Made by a program: the position numbers and the translations under genes. From NCBI GenBank assembly GCA_938003985.1, contig CALKWZ010000073.1, forward strand, positions 6,295 through 70,294: a DNA stretch of 64,000 nucleotides, given 5' to 3'. Each line of letters opens with the position of its first letter. Position 1 is the stretch's first letter. Source of the stretch: an uncultured Verrucomicrobiota bacterium (GTDB lineage: Bacteria; Verrucomicrobiota; Kiritimatiellia; CAIQIC01; Lenti-01). Shown here piece after piece: positions 7,693-18,500 of the stretch. The notes below the pieces were generated by a model, which did not search any database, had not been told where the DNA came from, and worked only from the letters and a program-made list of their open reading frames with translations.

Positions 7693-10600
7693 TCAGGGCG
7701 CGCGCTGGACGCCGATGCCGTAGAAGTAGGTGCCGAGTTCGGCGGGGGCGGCGTTGGTGTAGCCGTTGGTCGGGGCGGTGGCGCCGATGTTGCCGACGTG
7801 CTGGGTGAAGGGCCCGGCGACGTTGGTCGCGCGCCAGATCGAATAGACGCGGCCGGTCACGCTGGGCCAGCGGAAAACCAGGTTCGCCGTCGCGGTCTGG
7901 TTGGTGGCGTAGGGCGCCAGCGCCAGCACGGACGAATTGGTTTTCGGATTCGTGCCGGCGATGAATTCGTCGTAGTTGCTCCGGCCGTCGCCATCGTCGT
8001 CGCCCGCGGGCACGCCGTTGGTCGCGCCGCTGAAATAGGTGCTTTCGTACACGTCCGGCATGCCGTCGCCGTCGCTGTCGGCGTCCGGATCGGTCTGCAC
8101 GCCCGTCACGATCACGTCGTCGAGCGCGATGTTGCTCGTCACCTTGTTCCAGGTGAACCGCAGCTGCGTCGCGGATTCGGACAGATCGAAGGCGTAGGTC
8201 GTACCGACGTTCGACGGGTTGGTGACCACGCCCACCGTCGCCCAGTTCCCGCCGACGTACTGCGCCACCTCGAAGGTGCCCGTCCCCGCCGTCGTGACCG
8301 CCCGCATCCAGAACGAGACGTTCGTCGCGCCGAAGAACGTCGGACTGGCGATGGCGTCGCCGTCGCTGTCGAATTTGACCGACGGCGCCGCCCGGCCGTA
8401 GTAGGTGGCGGGATAGTTCGTGGTGACGCCGCTGAACGTCCAGCCCGCGGGCACGGCGGGCGTGACGTCGAAGGGCTCGTCGATCAGCGTGACGGAATTC
8501 GTGTCCGGCTCGGCCACGTAGGTCGCGGCGAAGGAGTTGGTCGTGCCGTTGGTCGTGGCCGTCGCGACGTCGGCCGGCGCGATCCAGCCCGTCGCCGCGC
8601 CGAACGACACCGTGTGCGCGCCGGCGGTCAGGCCGGTGGCGGCGGCGCCGCTGGCGCGCCACGCGCCGCCGTCCACGCGCCATTGCGCGCCGGCGGCGAC
8701 GGCCTCGGCGGGCTGCAGCGTGACGGACAGGGCGCCGGTCGTGGGCGGCGCCGCCCCCGCCTGCCCCTTGAGCTGGATCTCGTCCAGGTAGTAGAAATCG
8801 TTGGTGTTGTTGGCGCTCGCCGCGTCGAAGAAGACCACGCGCGCCATGATCTGCGTGCGGACGTCGGCGATGGCCAGCACGTACGGGGTGCCCTGCGGCT
8901 GCCGGTTGGTGTCGACCAGCGTCCCGTACTCCAGCTGCAGGTTGCTCAGGCCGTCCGCGATCTGCGTGCCGATGGCCGACGGCGACCACGTCGCGCCGCC
9001 GTCGTAGCTGACGGACACGTGCAGGTCGTCGCCGCTGTCCGGTCCGTTGGCCGCGAACGGGATCGTCAGCGTCACGTTCGTATAGCCGCTGATGTCCACG
9101 TTGCCCAGGACCACCGCCGGATTGACCGCCCCGTTCGTGGACCCGCGCAGGCGCACCGCGCTTGCGCCGGACAGCACCTTGTCCGCGTTCGTCGCCGCGG
9201 CCGCGCCGAAATCTTCGTTGGTCGCCAGCCCGCTGCCGTTCAGGGGCACGTAGCTCCAGCTCCAGGGATGCACGTCCGCGCCGTCGAAACCCTGCGACGC
9301 GATGCAATCCGCGCCGGCGGGCTGCAGGACGTAGGTCCGCGTCACGGTGCCCGTCGCGCCGGAGACGACCGTCACGTTGGTCGCGGCGGGCGTAGCGTAG
9401 CCCGCAACGGGGCCGAAGGTCACGGTATAGCCACCGGCGGCCAGATTGGTCGTGGCGCCCGCGGCGATCCAGCTCGCGCCGCCGTCGAGGCTCCACTGCG
9501 CGCTCGCCGGCGTCAGGTTCACCGTCAGCGCCCCGGGCAGGTCGGCGTAGGTCTTCGTGAAGGACGCCGCCTCGCCCGCGGACAACGCGTAGTTGGTCGC
9601 CGCCGGCGCGGCATAGCCGCTCACCGCCAGGAAGCTGATCGTGTGCGTCTTGACGGTCAGATCCTGGACGGTGGCCCCGCTCTCGTTCCAGTTGGTGCCG
9701 CCGTCCACGCTCCACGCGGCCCCGGCGGCCACGGCGCCGGCAGGAGCCAGCGCGACCGTGATCGAGCCGGGCAGCGCCGTGTAGCTGTAGGACCGGACCA
9801 CGTTGCTGTTGGCGTAGACGGTCGTGTAGCCCGTATCCGGCACCACGTAATTCGAGACGGTCTTGAAGGTGAAATACTGGCGGCCGGCGAGCAGATCATA
9901 GGCCGTGGCGCCGCTGTCGTACCAGGTGTTGCCGCCATCCACGCTCCACTGCGCGCCCGCGGACACGGCCGCCGCCGGACTCAGGTTCACCGTCAGGTCG
10001 CCCACCAGCGCGACGTAGGCGCCCGTGATGGAAACCGCGGCGCCGGCGATGGTCACGTTGGACGCGGCGGGCGTCGTATGGCTGTCGACGTCCTGGAACG
10101 TCACCGCGTAGGTGCCGTTGGTCAGGTTGGAGAGCGTGGTGCCGCTCGTGCGCCAGACGGCGCCGCCGTCCACGCTCCAGCGGCCGTCGGCCACGGCCGT
10201 GGCCGGCGTCAGCGTCACGGTCAGCGAGCCGGAGGCCGAGGCATAGACGGAGGTGAAGACGTTGGTCGCGCCCGCGGTCACCACGACGGACGTCGCGGCC
10301 GGCGTGAGATACCCGTCCACGGCGCCGAAGGAAACCTGGTAGGTGCCCGCATTGAGGCCCGTGCGCACGCTGCCGCTGACGTTCGTGGTGCCGGCGACGA
10401 TCCACCGCCCCGCGTTCGTCGCGGCCGCCGGCGAGAGCACGACGCGGATGGCGCCGGGCACGGCCGAATCGCCGAGGAACTGCATGGCCTTGGTCATCAC
10501 GGTCGCGCGGGTTTCCGCGTTGGTGATGGTTTCGAACGGGAAGCCCATCACGACGGTGCGGTAGGTGGCGTTGCTGTACTGGACGATCGCGCCGCTGGTG

Positions 10601-13600
10601 CCCGCGGCGCTCGCGCCGTACACCGCGGCGGTGACGCCGCCGCTGCCGACGCGCAGCACGTCGGGATAGTTCGCCGCGTAGACCTGCGGCAGCAGGTTCG
10701 TGTAGTTGAAGGCGATGGAGACGCCGTTGAGGAAGCCGCCGGCCGTGCCCGTGACCTGGCCGGTGGCGCCGCTGTCGGCCGAATAGACCGCGCGCAGCAC
10801 GTTGGTGAAGAAATTCACGTCCGCGGCCGAGGACACCCCCGCCCGGCCCAAATCCCAGCCGATTTCCGCGCCGGAAACGAACAGCCGGCCGCCGGCGTTC
10901 AGGTAGGCCGTCGCGGCGGTCTGTTCGGCGGAGCCGAAGGTCTCGTCCACCGTGGATTCCTCGCCCAGGATCCAGACGACCTTGGCGTAGTTCGTCAGCA
11001 GCGCCGACGAGACGAGCGCGGCGCCGACGTAGTCGAAGGTCTGCCCCGCCGCCGCCAGCGCGAGGCCGTGTTCCTTGACGTAGTCGAAGTGGTTGATCAT
11101 CCGCGGCCGCACCAGCGTCACGTTGCCGTTGAGGCCGTTGGCGAAGTAGCGCGTCGGCGCCAGGCCCGCGTCGTTGCGCGTGAAGCCGTCCACGACGAGC
11201 ACGCCCGCCTTGGCGCCGCCGGAAGTCACGCGCACGCCGGCCACGGCGGAATCGAACGACTCGCCGCCGGCGTTCGTCGCGCAGACCTTGAAGAAGATCG
11301 TCGCGCCCGCGTTCAGGTTGGTGACCACCTTGTTCGTGGCGCTCGCGCCGGAGACCGGGATGGGATTGCCGAAACCCTGGCCGTCCGTGGAGGTATAGAG
11401 GACGAAGCCCTGCGGCAAGCCGCCGCTGGCGGCGTCGCGCGCGGGCATGGCCCACGACACCGTGACCTGGCCGCTGCCGGAATTGACCGCCTTGAGGTCC
11501 GTCGGCCGATCGGGCGCGTTGGTGTTGACGATGCCGCTGGCGTAGTAGCCGGCCAGGTGCTTGATCAGGCCGCGCGCGGTCGCGCGCGCCAGCCATTCGC
11601 GGCCGGCGGGCAGCTTCAGCACCGCGCAGTCGTTGGAGTTGTCGTGGAACGCCACTTCGTTGATCGTGGTGTCCATCTTGAGGAACACGCTGGAATTGTA
11701 GATTTCGCCGTAGGTGCTGCCGTAGAGATAGCCGGTGCGCGTGCTCCAGCTGGGGATCACGCTGTTCGTGCCGGCGCGCAGGTCGACGTTGCACTGGCGG
11801 GCCAGCGCGGCGGCGAGGTTGGTCTGCGCGGCGTAAAGGGACGGATAGCCGGACTGGATGCGCGTGTCGTAGAGGCCGATGGCGCCGCGGCCGGTGCCGT
11901 CGCCGGCGTTGGAGTGGAAGCCCACGTAGACCCGCTGCCAGCGCGCCGCGTCGTTGGAGCGGCACATGTAGGCCGCCATGCGCGCGGGCTGGCCGATGTT
12001 GTCGCTGCGGTCGTCGTAGCCGGCCAGGTCGTAGAGCGTGGCGTCCATCCCCTGCCCCATGGACTTGATGGTCCAGAAGCGGCCGGATTCTAGTTCCGAT
12101 TCGAAGCCCGAGATCCCGGCCGTGCCGCGCGCGACGTTGCCGCGCCCGTTGCCGAAGCGGATGGCGTCGGCGAAGACGGACGAGCCCTCGGCGCCGCCGG
12201 GCGCGTAGTTGCCGATGTTCACGCAGCCGTTGGTGCCGGCTTCGAAGTGGTAGTTGCCCAGCCAGACCCAGCCGCAGCCGACGTCGCGGTGGTTCACGCG
12301 CACGTCCGTCACGCCGCCGGAATGGTACACGCGGTACAGCTGGTTGGCGCGGTCGGAACCGTGGCGGACCCAGGTGTAGACCGGATATTCGCCGGCTTCG
12401 GGCAGATTCGGCCGGTAGGAGGCCCACGACGTCGAGCCGTTGGTGCTGATCGCGGCGTAGCGGTACGGCACGGCGTCGCCGGCGTTGCCGTAATAGATGG
12501 ATTGCGTCGAGTTGTACCACGTGCCGCCGAAGGTGACCTTGCCGCGGGCCGTCTGGTTGGTGTCCATGTTGTCGAGCACCACTTCGTTCGTCTGGTAGCC
12601 CAGCGGCCGGATCGGGACGACCGTGCCGCCGGCCTTCCAAACCGCTTCCGCGAACCGGTTCATCTGGTCGACGTTGCCCATGTCCTCGTTCACGGCGAAC
12701 AGCAGCGGGCGTTCGGGGATCCACGCGGTCAAGGCCTCGTTCGCGCCGAAGCCGTGGCCGGCGCTGGTGTAGACCACCACGCCGGACAACGGACCGGTCG
12801 GCTGGGCCGCCGCGACCTGCGGCAGGCCGGTTTCGTCCGGCGTGCCCAGCGGTTCTTCGCCGCCGCCGGTTTCGCCTTCGCCCCCGCCCGTCTCGCCGCC
12901 GCCTTCTTCCGCCGCGGCGCCCATCGTGCCTTTGGTCAGGATCGTGCCGTTGTAGCCGACGGCCACGAACTGGTCTTCGGCATAGCTGATGCCGCGCAGG
13001 AGATTCGTCGTGCCGGAGGTTTCCGCCTCCCAGGTCAGGCCGTCGGTGGAACTCCAGATCGACCCGTTGGCGCCCGCCGCCTTGAACAGGCCCGAGCAGT
13101 AGGCCGAGCGGTAGAAATAGACGCTGTTGGTGGTGAAGCTCCAGGAAAGCCCGTCGGAGGAACGCAGGATCCGCTGGTTGCCCACGGACACGTAGTAGCC
13201 GTTGCCGTACGTCACGTCGGAAAGATACTGGGAGGTGCCGGACGTGCGCGGCGTCCAGCTCAGGCCGTTGCTCGACGTCAGGATCAGGCCGCTCTGGCCG
13301 ACGATGACGAAGAGCGGGGATTCCGCGGACGCTTCGTTCGTGTCGCCCGCGTTCACGAAGTCCATGCCGTAGCCCACGCCCTGCAGCGACGCGTTCGTGC
13401 CCGACGCCACCGCCGACCAGGTCGCGCCGTCGGTCGAGCGCACGATCGCGCCGCCGTCGCCGCAGGCCACGTACGTGCCGTTGCCGTAGGCCACGCCGCG
13501 GAACAGCGCGTTCGTCGGCGAGGTCCGCGACGTCCAGTCGAGGCCGTTGGTGGAGGTGACGATGGCGCCGCTTTCGCCGACGACCACCCACAGCGGGCCG

Positions 13601-15288
13601 TCGCCGTTCACGTTCATCAGCAGGCCGCTCTTGCCGCTGCTGCGGGCGGTCCAGTCGATGCCGTTGGTGGAGGTGTAGAGCGCCCCGCCGGCCCCGCTGG
13701 CCACGTGCAGGCCGGCGCGACTGCCCACGCCGTAGAAATTCGCCGTATGGGCGGACACGCGGTTCGTCCAGGGCGCGGTCGCCGAGGAACCGCCGGTCTC
13801 GCCGGGATCCGGATCGGGCGGCGGCGCCGCGCCCGCGCCGAACTTCTCGTCGATCAGCTGCCAGAGTTCCGTCTTGCCGGTGCCTTGCGTGAGGTTCCAG
13901 ATGCCGATGCCGCCCATCCCCTTCGTATTGGACAGGTCGTACTTCATCCCGAGGCTGGCGACGTCGTCGTAGAAGCACTGGTAGGCGGTGCTGTTGGAGA
14001 CGTAGACGTAGTACGGCACGCTGCCGTTGTTGTCCCATTTCTTGCCGTACTTGGCGGCTTCCGATTCGCAGGCGCCGTAGGTCAGCGCGGCGGAATAGGC
14101 GCTGCCGAGGCTGGCGGCGCCGAGGTTCGTGCTGGCGGCGGCCCAGCGGCGCCCGTAGTACGGCACGCCCAGCATCAGTTTGTTCGTCGCGATGCCCTTC
14201 CCCAAATAGTAGTTCATGGAGTAGTTCACCGAGCACCACGAGCTGGCGCCGATCCACTGCGCGCTGCTGGTCAGCGGCGCCACCGGGCCCGGCGTGCCGC
14301 TGCCGGAATAGTAGTAGTCGTAGCCCATGACGATCGCGTAATCCATGCCGAAGGCGGCGTAGTTGGACACCGCGAAGTTCGCGTACCAATCCACCGACGG
14401 CAGCGCGATCGAGATCTCGTAGTTCGGATTCGCCGCGTGGAACCGCGTCGTCAGGTTGCTCATGAAGGTCGTCAGCGCCGCCGTCGCGCCCGTCCACGAG
14501 CCCACGCCTTCGAAATCGATGTTCACCCCGTCGCCGTCGCCGGGCAGCGTGCGGTTGGTCATCGCGATCAGCAGCTGGGTGATCAGGTTGCTGCACGCGA
14601 CGGAATTCGTCAGGAACCGGTGCGTGGCGGCGTCGCCGAACAGCGTCGCCGTCAGCACGACCTTCACGCCGTTGCTGTGCGCCCACTCCACCACGGGCGA
14701 CGTGCCCCACGAGCCCATGCTGTCGGCGTTGCCGTTGGTGGAATTCACCGCATAGGAGAAGTAGGCGATGGTCGTCAGGTTCGTGTACTGGTAGTTCTGG
14801 ATATCCGTCATCGTCGCCCAGGACGGATGCCAGCCCAGCACGCGCTTGCCCGCGGCGATGGCCTTGGGCGCCGCCAGCGGCTGGACGGTCGGCTTGGGCT
14901 GCCGGGACGGCTTGGCGGTCGGATCGAAATCGGTCGGCGTTTCGCCTTGGTGTTCCTCGAAGGCGATCTGGAGCGGGCTCTTCCAGTCGGCCAAATATTC
15001 CGGCACGACGAAGGCGGCCTGCTCGGCCTCCTCTTCCGTGGCGCCCATTTCAAGCGCGGTCGCTTTCGCCAGGCTGCGCGCGCGCGCCACGGCGGGCGAC
15101 GTTTCGGCGACGTCCGGAATTTCCGGCAGAGCCACGTCCACGCCCGTTTCGTCCCAGGCATCTTGCCCCGCCACCTGGTTTTCGGTACCGGCCGGGACCG
15201 GTTCGTCCAGACCTTCCGCCCGCCCGCCGGCCAGCGTTAGACAAAAGAACAGCCCGCCCAATACGCCCACGTGAATGCGCCGATTCAT
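7693..15288 (-). CDS. Giant secreted multidomain protein (2531 aa) with GH18 chitinase-like domain
   Basis: Start MNRRIHVGVLGGLFFCLTLAGGRAEG (signal peptide) at 15288..15286. Domains in order: GH18-like (DGVNIDFEG); BNR/Ycf48-like beta-propeller (STNGLDWTSRTS, SSDGLSWSF, STDGLTWEAETSG); Amidase_3-like (VVVYTSAGHGFGANEA ... GFHSNAG ... AFHDNS); FN3; ThuA/GATase1-like; about eight Ig-like repeats (G..TV.LSPA.A..GA.WSVDGG..W); choice-of-anchor-like module; TSP3 Ca-binding repeats (DPDADSDGDGMPD, GDDDGDGRSNYDE); conserved C-terminal tail. The upstream in-frame extension to 15471 was rejected. Confidence 0.85.
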   Translation of the reverse strand: MNRRIHVGVLGGLFFCLTLAGGRAEGLDEPVPAGTENQVAGQDAWDETGVDVALPEIPDVAETSPAVARARSLAKATALEMGATEEEAEQAAFVVPEYLADWKSPLQIAFEEHQGETPTDFDPTAKPSRQPKPTVQPLAAPKAIAAGKRVLGWHPSWATMTDIQNYQYTNLTTIAYFSYAVNSTNGNADSMGSWGTSPVVEWAHSNGVKVVLTATLFGDAATHRFLTNSVACSNLITQLLIAMTNRTLPGDGDGVNIDFEGVGSWTGATAALTTFMSNLTTRFHAANPNYEISIALPSVDWYANFAVSNYAAFGMDYAIVMGYDYYYSGSGTPGPVAPLTSSAQWIGASSWCSVNYSMNYYLGKGIATNKLMLGVPYYGRRWAAASTNLGAASLGSAYSAALTYGACESEAAKYGKKWDNNGSVPYYVYVSNSTAYQCFYDDVASLGMKYDLSNTKGMGGIGIWNLTQGTGKTELWQLIDEKFGAGAAPPPDPDPGETGGSSATAPWTNRVSAHTANFYGVGSRAGLHVASGAGGALYTSTNGIDWTARSSGKSGLLMNVNGDGPLWVVVGESGAIVTSTNGLDWTSRTSPTNALFRGVAYGNGTYVACGDGGAIVRSTDGATWSAVASGTNASLQGVGYGMDFVNAGDTNEASAESPLFVIVGQSGLILTSSNGLSWTPRTSGTSQYLSDVTYGNGYYVSVGNQRILRSSDGLSWSFTTNSVYFYRSAYCSGLFKAAGANGSIWSSTDGLTWEAETSGTTNLLRGISYAEDQFVAVGYNGTILTKGTMGAAAEEGGGETGGGEGETGGGEEPLGTPDETGLPQVAAAQPTGPLSGVVVYTSAGHGFGANEALTAWIPERPLLFAVNEDMGNVDQMNRFAEAVWKAGGTVVPIRPLGYQTNEVVLDNMDTNQTARGKVTFGGTWYNSTQSIYYGNAGDAVPYRYAAISTNGSTSWASYRPNLPEAGEYPVYTWVRHGSDRANQLYRVYHSGGVTDVRVNHRDVGCGWVWLGNYHFEAGTNGCVNIGNYAPGGAEGSSVFADAIRFGNGRGNVARGTAGISGFESELESGRFWTIKSMGQGMDATLYDLAGYDDRSDNIGQPARMAAYMCRSNDAARWQRVYVGFHSNAGDGTGRGAIGLYDTRIQSGYPSLYAAQTNLAAALARQCNVDLRAGTNSVIPSWSTRTGYLYGSTYGEIYNSSVFLKMDTTINEVAFHDNSNDCAVLKLPAGREWLARATARGLIKHLAGYYASGIVNTNAPDRPTDLKAVNSGSGQVTVSWAMPARDAASGGLPQGFVLYTSTDGQGFGNPIPVSGASATNKVVTNLNAGATIFFKVCATNAGGESFDSAVAGVRVTSGGAKAGVLVVDGFTRNDAGLAPTRYFANGLNGNVTLVRPRMINHFDYVKEHGLALAAAGQTFDYVGAALVSSALLTNYAKVVWILGEESTVDETFGSAEQTAATAYLNAGGRLFVSGAEIGWDLGRAGVSSAADVNFFTNVLRAVYSADSGATGQVTGTAGGFLNGVSIAFNYTNLLPQVYAANYPDVLRVGSGGVTAAVYGASAAGTSGAIVQYSNATYRTVVMGFPFETITNAETRATVMTKAMQFLGDSAVPGAIRVVLSPAAATNAGRWIVAGTTNVSGSVRTGLNAGTYQVSFGAVDGYLTPAATSVVVTAGATNVFTSVYASASGSLTVTLTPATAVADGRWSVDGGAVWRTSGTTLSNLTNGTYAVTFQDVDSHTTPAASNVTIAGAAVSITGAYVALVGDLTVNLSPAAAVSAGAQWSVDGGNTWYDSGATAYDLLAGRQYFTFKTVSNYVVPDTGYTTVYANSNVVRSYSYTALPGSITVALAPAGAVAAGAAWSVDGGTNWNESGATVQDLTVKTHTISFLAVSGYAAPAATNYALSAGEAASFTKTYADLPGALTVNLTPASAQWSLDGGASWIAAGATTNLAAGGYTVTFGPVAGYATPAATNVTVVSGATGTVTRTYVLQPAGADCIASQGFDGADVHPWSWSYVPLNGSGLATNEDFGAAAATNADKVLSGASAVRLRGSTNGAVNPAVVLGNVDISGYTNVTLTIPFAANGPDSGDDLHVSVSYDGGATWSPSAIGTQIADGLSNLQLEYGTLVDTNRQPQGTPYVLAIADVRTQIMARVVFFDAASANNTNDFYYLDEIQLKGQAGAAPPTTGALSVTLQPAEAVAAGAQWRVDGGAWRASGAAATGLTAGAHTVSFGAATGWIAPADVATATTNGTTNSFAATYVAEPDTNSVTLIDEPFDVTPAVPAGWTFSGVTTNYPATYYGRAAPSVKFDSDGDAIASPTFFGATNVSFWMRAVTTAGTGTFEVAQYVGGNWATVGVVTNPSNVGTTYAFDLSESATQLRFTWNKVTSNIALDDVIVTGVQTDPDADSDGDGMPDVYESTYFSGATNGVPAGDDDGDGRSNYDEFIAGTNPKTNSSVLALAPYATNQTATANLVFRWPSVTGRVYSIWRATNVAGPFTQHVGNIGATAPTNGYTNAAPAELGTYFYGIGVQRAP

Positions 15289-15506
15289 AGTAACGAGAAT
15301 CGTCACAAAGCCCGGTTGCGGCGTCAAGCGCGGGGTGTCCTGAAATCGACATTTGGTTTTTGTTAAATCTGGGCCAGAAGCCCATTTTATGTTTGCCAAC
15401 CGGCGGCGTGCAGAGCGAGGATTTCCCGCGTGATGGCGGCACGCCAGGTCGGGATCGGGTTTCCCGGCCATTCACGGCGAGCCGGCATTGCCCTAACGGA
15501 GGTCGC
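15289..15506. promoter_or_regulatory. Divergent intergenic control region between the two giant genes
   Basis: 218-bp AT-richer spacer (tttggtttttgttaaatctgggcc...). GGAGG SD lies 6 nt before the ATG at 15507. A weak sigma54-like GGCACG-N4-GTCG element was not pursued. Confidence 0.3.
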
Positions 15507-18500
15507 ATGAGTGCTCGGTGGGTTCGCTCGTTGCTGGTGCTGTTCGTTCTCTTCTCCTTCGGTCTTTCTTCGGCCTTCGCGGCCAAGAGCAAAGCCAAAC
15601 CCAAGGCCCAGGAAGCTCCGCCTCCGGCCGCCGTCGAAACGGAAACCGCCGGCCTGCCTCCGGCCGAATTGACCGTGGGCTTCCAGGTCCGCGATTCCGA
15701 AACGGAAGGCATCGGCGACCTGCTCGTGCCGGTTTGGAATCCCGGCGGCACCGGTCTGCTGTTCCTCAATCCCCGCACGGCCATCGTCGACCACGACGAA
15801 CAGGAAGGCAACCTCGGCCTCGGCTATCGCCAACTCCTGCCCAAGCTGAACACGATCCTCGGCGCCAACCTTTACTACGACTACCGCGACACCGGCTCGT
15901 TCAACTACGACCAGTGGGGCTTCGGCCTGGAACTGCTCAGCCCCTGGGTCGACGCGCGCGCGAACTACTACGATCCCGACGACAAGCGCAACGTGGTCGC
16001 CAGCGAAACCCAGACCACCGTCAGCCAGACCGTCCGCACGTCGTCCGCATGGCGCGATCCGTACGCCGAAGACCACTACGTCCTCCAGGACTTCGTCACG
16101 ACCCGCACCCTGACCACGTCCACCAGCACCAAGACCTTCGAGCAATACGAGCAGGCCCTCGGCGGCTACGACTGGGAAATCGGCCTGCGCCTGCCCATCC
16201 GGTCCGACCACGTCGAAGCCCGGCTGTTCGGCGGCTACTACGACTTCGACCGCGATTTCGGCGACGATGCCCGCGGCTGGAAAACCCGCGCCGAACTGCG
16301 CGTGCGCAACAGCCTCTTCCTGGATGCCGGTCTGTACGAGAACGAAGACCTGACCGGCAGCGACTGGTTCGCCGGCGCGCGCTGGTCCACCCCGCTGGAT
16401 CTCGGCCAACTGGCCCGCGGCCGCAATCCGTTCGGATCCGCCAAGGCGCGCCTGCGCGGCGAACCCCGCGCCGCTTCCGCCCGCTTGACCGAAATGGTCC
16501 TGCGCGATCCGCAGGTCCGCCTCGAGCAGTCCAAGTTCCTCGAAAACAAAGCCCTCCAGCAGGACGGCTCCAGCTCCAGCCAAAGTTCCTCCGGCCAAAC
16601 CTTCGTGCTGCTGCCCGACGTGCAGTTCGTGCACGGCGATGCCGGCGTGTCCGGCGACGGCACCGCGGAGCGGCCCTTCACGACCATCCAGCAGGGCGCC
16701 AACGCCGTCTACGGCTCGCGCAACGTCTACGTCTACAACGCGTCCGGCCCCTACAACGAGAACGTCGTCCTGCTGCCGGACACCACCCTCTGGGGCAGCG
16801 GCAGCCTGATCCTCGGCTACGGCGGCAAGACGTTCGGCAGCGGCATCCACCCCATCGTCGACGGCCTCAGCCGCGGCCCCGCCATCACCATGGCCGACCG
16901 CACCACCGTCCGCGGCATGGGCGTCCGCAACACGGAGCAAGGCGGTCCCGACCAAATGGTCATCCTCCCCGGCCTCCCCACCTACAACGTCCGCCGCGTC
17001 GGCATCTACGGCGCCGACGCCACCGACCTGACCATCCTCGACAGCATCGCCATGGGCAACGAGATCGGCGTCCTGCTGGGCCGGGTCGGCGATTTCCGCC
17101 TGACCTACCGCAATAACCAGGCCTCGCAAAACGACGTCGACGGCTTGCAGATCTGGGCCGATGGCGCCGGCGGCGGCCTCTTCGACGCGGACGTTTCCGG
17201 CAGTTCCTTCGATCAAAACGGCAATTCCGGCCTGTTGCTTTCCGCCAACGGCTATGGCGGTTCCTTCGTCCGCATCCGCGATTCGCAGGCCTTGGACAAC
17301 CCCGGCGCCGGCTTTCAATCGATCCAGCAGAACTCGTCGTTCGCCATGGCCCTGCTGTCCGGCCTGAACGCCCACGGCAACACCATCGGCATCCAGAGCG
17401 TGCAGGACAACGTCGATTTCGCCCTCGCCAACATTTCCGACAGCGCCGCGAACGACAATCTGGCGTTCGGCATCCAGAACGTCCAGAATGCCGGCTTCGT
17501 TTCCGTCGGCGTCATCGGCATGCCGAACGGGCTGGACACGCTGGCGTCGAGCCTGGCTTCGCTGATCGGGTTCCCGCTCCCGCCCGAAGTCGGCATGTTC
17601 TTGGCCCCCTCCGGCCCCGTCACGGCCAACGGCAACGGCGTCTTCGGCGTGCAGTCCATCATCACGGCCGATTCCGGCCTGGCGTTGGGAGCGCTCTTCG
17701 ACATCACCGCCAACAACAACGGCGTCTTCGGCATCCAGGCGATCAACCAGAGCCCCAACGGCGTCGCCGTCGGCCTGGCCGGTTCGTCCCAGAACCTGCG
17801 GGAAATCCTGCGGCTCGGCGACAGCGTCGCCGGACTCTTCGGCCTCGATCTGCCGCTGACCATCCCCGGCGGCGGTCACATGGAAGCGAACGGCAACGGC
17901 GCCGGCGGCTTCATGATGCAGACCATCGGCGACAGCGCCGCCATCAATGCCGTGGTCGGCCTGGAAACCCTCGGCAACGGCGGCTTCGGCACGATGCTGG
18001 GTACGTATTCCGACAGCCTCTCCATCGCCGCCCTGGCCCGCCTGTACACGGCGGAAAACGTCGGCGCCGGCCTCCTGTTCGACGTCTACGGCCTCGACGT
18101 CGGGGCCATCGGCCTCCTGGCCGACGTCTTCGCCGACGTCAACGGCGACAGCGGCATCACCGCCTCCGTCGACAGCCCCAACGGCTTCGCCGTCCTCGCG
18201 TCCCTCTCCACCGACGTCCTGCGCCCCCTGGGCGATTCCCTGGGCGAGATGTTCCTCGGCGCGCCGCTCGACGTCCCCGGCGCCCCCTTCGGTCCCGTGG
18301 TGGCGTCCGGCAACCTCGGCAACGGCTTCACCGCCAACGTCACCGGCAACGACTTCGCGGCCGCCGTCCTGCTCGACACCTGGGCCGACGGCAACTCCAA
18401 CAACGGGTTCGATCTCACCGTCGCCTCCGCCAACGGTCCCTCGATCGCCGCCATCCTCTCCAGCGACGTCGTGCTGAACCTGGTCAACGACATGGGCGTG

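Noticed and set aside
7594-15240. Very long ORFs overlapping the giant gene in other frames or strands (7594..12093 +, 9896..14710 -, 12247..15240 +, also 15387..19442 -, 57650..61417 -, 58306..61905 +, 45623..49942 +, 29286..33419 -, 35394..37691 +, 35767..38544 -).
   Set aside because: They are typical stop-codon-poor alternative frames of about 70% GC DNA. Their translations are Arg/Ala/Gly/Pro low-complexity with no domain signal. The chosen frames show clear domain signatures.
15289-15471. Upstream in-frame extension of the giant ORF (MAGKPDPDLACRHH...)
   Set aside because: The internal Met at 15288 begins a textbook signal peptide (MNRRIHVGVLGGLFFCLTLAGG). The extension is Arg-rich with no RBS.
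15289-15506. Sigma54 promoter (GGCACG-N4-GTCG) upstream of the beta-helix gene
   Set aside because: The -12 element deviates from TTGC(A/T). This is too weak to call without a genome-wide model.
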